Shown here one piece after another: positions 61,351 through 64,000 of a stretch of 64,000 nt of DNA. The stretch is taken from positions 245,830,001 to 245,894,000 of the forward strand of contig NC_067403.1 in NCBI RefSeq assembly GCF_016432865.1, given 5' to 3'. The notes under the pieces are model-generated. The model saw only the letters and a list, made by a program, of their open reading frames with translations. It did not search any database and was not told where the DNA came from. Numbering within the stretch: position 1 is the first letter of the stretch; each line of letters begins with the position of its first letter. This stretch comes from Antechinus flavipes (lineage: Eukaryota). A program made the translations under genes and the position numbers.

Positions 61351-64000
61351 TGGAGATAATAGGTTAAAAGGGAAAATTAATGCTTTCTAGTTAAGAAAGA
61401 AAACCTATGTGAATAGACAGAGATGAAATATGGAAGGCTTAATTAGGAATTTAGCATATAGTCCCGTTTGATTGGAACACAGAGTACCTGTAAGACAGTA
61501 ATATGTATTTCTGTTCCTTTATTTATTTTTAAAATGTTTTAATAACTTTATTTTAATGTAATTGTTTTCTGGATAATCTTAAATATTTTAATTTGTATAT
61601 TCAAAAACATTATCTTGAATCATAGTTCATTGGCTTTATATATATTCCCATCAGAGACCATACCCCAAATAAAAATGTTATGAATCTCTACTCTGAATGC
61701 TGGATCTGAATCTAGTTTGAAGGAATTGAAATATTAAGCTAAGTAATTTTTATTTTATGTTATGGGGAGGACAGTTACTGAAGATTCTTTATCAAGACTA
61801 TAAATGGCATAGTCATATTTGCGTCTTTTGGGAAATATAGTTTTCCATTTTTTTGAATTTAGTGAAAAATGTGACTATAATTTGATTTAAGATCACTCAT
61901 TAAAACCCCAGAATAAAGAATAAAATTGAATCATAGTAATGCCAGTAATGGAAAACAAAGAAAATGACAGTGAATCTAAATGAAGTTGTAATGTTCTTTC
62001 CCATTGAGTTTCTAATGGTTTGTCACAATATTTCAACAAGTAGCAAGTGGTGTGGCAGGATATCAGGTAACCAGAACAGTCATAGTAAATATAGCCTCAT
62101 CTAGATCTTTAGGGGATCATAAAGTAGCTTGCCTTTTATGACTGATTTATTCCATCAGTTCTATCAAGCCAATATTCAATTCATTATGACTTTAGAGACT
62201 GAAGTGAGAGGTTGACTGGATATTTTTTAAACCCAATTACTGGTTGAGACAATTTTTCTACTTTTCAAATGATTTTTTAGAGTACACTACAAAACCAATG
62301 ACAATAACAGCAATGTCAAAACAAACAAAAAAGAAAGCTATCTTCTCATGATTTTTGGACTCTTGTTCTTAAAGATGAATTAGAATAGCATTTCATTCCA
62401 GGAGAAATTCCTGTCTGTTCTGATTAAGTTCTGAGACCTCAACAGGGATGTTATTTTTCTTGCCCAATGAAAGCATATCCTTTCTTAATTCCCATCCTTT
62501 AATAGTTCTCAAAATCCTGTTAAGCATCAATGTACTGACTGACCTCACCATCATTTGCATTTAGTGTATATGATTGTATATTAAGCAAAACAGTGAGAAA
62601 ATCAAATTTGTTCCATTTCTCAATCAATTCTATTTTGTAATTGATTTTCCCCCCATGTATTTTGTATAACTTCCAAAATCTCTCTCTTTGACTCTGAAAT
62701 GAGAAATTTCTAGCTTCAGAATTTCAGCCTTTGTCTCTAAACTTTTGTCCCATAACTCACCTTAATTCAAATCTTGTAGGAACTTGTAGGATTAATTCAA
62801 AAAATATATATCACTTCTACACATCTTACTGTCTTACATGCATAGGGGAGGTCTTTTATCTCACTCACAAGCCTGCATGCCGTGCCAGAAAATCTGTTAT
62901 CTCTGTTCTGCTAACAAGCCCCGCAGGATGCAGATGGGCTCCATAATCAGACAGCATTTCTTAAGGACAAGGAAAGGGTTCTTGCCCTGTATTACTGTAT
63001 TCTGAATTTCTAGCCAATTATACTGTTTTCCCCACATATGATGCTTGAGGCTTTTTAGCAAATCATGTTTTCCCCAGCTAAGATCCTGCCTTCTAATTTT
63101 TGGATACCTCTCCTTTTATCCATAAAAATTATTTGTCCACATTCTGGATATTTCTTTTCTTTTCTTTTTCCTTTTCTTTTCTTTTTTTTTGGGGGGGTAT
63201 GGAGGAGCTTAAGACTCCTTTTTACTTATAACTGATACCTCCCTTTACTAATACATTATACATGATTGGAACTTTGTGCCTCAGGTTACATTAATTTCAA
63301 TTATGACAACAGAAAAAGCCCTTTTAAGGCTAAGCTAATATACTTACAAGCAAAATGGTTCTATTAATGACAGCTCTTCTCAATTGGTTCATTGTGCTTA
63401 CCAGATAATCACTTGTTTTTTGCCTTGACCTCAGCCTAGGGTTATCATAGCCATCAAGTCTTAGGAAACAAAAGAAGAAAGAAAACTATCTTACTAGTGA
63501 TGAAATATTTTCAATATACTACTTTCAGGAAAAATATTCCTTCCTCTCTTCATGATTCTTGTTTAAATGTCTTTTTTAAGCTAGTTTCCTCACCATTTAT
63601 AAATATTACTCATTGATTTTTTTTTTCTCCCAAAAATCCCTAATGTGGAAATATTTTATATAACTATGTACTTAAGCTGTATAAATTGCTATCTGCCTCA
63701 AGGAAGCCCTGAGGAAGATAGAATCTGGAACTTAAAATTTAACAGCAAATGTTAATTTTCTCTTACGTATAATTGGGTAAAAACATTCAAAATAAATGTT
63801 ACTCATCTGAAGTCATTTGAAGAAAGCTTTTCTTAATACATTATCATTGTTCTTTCCAATTTATCAAATTTCTTCCTCTCCCTTAATTTTGCTGAGGTTA
63901 AAGAAACCTAATCTTCTTATGTAGCACAGAGACCAATATTTCAAGTAAATCAAATAAATTAAAGAGATTTCTAGAAGTAAAACCAGAAAGAATTGTCTTA

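Noticed and set aside
63390-63780. Possible OR-F promoter/first exon (donor CTG|GTAAGC at 63402/63401, O/E-like motifs near 63692-63715, TAATTG 63770-63775)
   Set aside because: No homology to the conserved promoter block and no independent support; the true promoter may lie beyond the window.

Overview
Eukaryotic, AT-rich genomic DNA from a marsupial. The L1 3' ends, WSINE1-type SINE, MAR1 and RTE elements point to a dasyurid such as the Tasmanian devil (inference). The window holds a class II olfactory receptor cluster of the OR8U subfamily, all on the minus strand: six intact single-exon ORs (2276-3226, 13579-14520, 33160-34089, 42486-43415, 51109-52038, 59418-60377) and one pseudogene (26751-28851). 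From about 13.6 to 60.4 kb the genes form a tandem array separated by five homologous spacers (A-E). The spacers appear to carry a conserved promoter/first exon and a 96-98 nt non-coding exon whose ATG would open an upstream ORF ending on the OR start. The pseudogene unit has lost both elements. It also carries a solo LTR inside the CDS with an L1 inside that LTR, a 58-bp inverted micro-L1, a second solo LTR and a SINE, yet its first 119 codons look homogenised by gene conversion. A decayed class I endogenous retrovirus (pol and env remnants, two diverged LTRs) lies at about 18.05-24.64 kb. I found no prokaryotic-type system, RNA gene or novel protein-coding gene. The most interesting signals are the OR 5' regulatory/uORF architecture and the array's evolutionary record. 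All alignments and identities were done by eye and are approximate.
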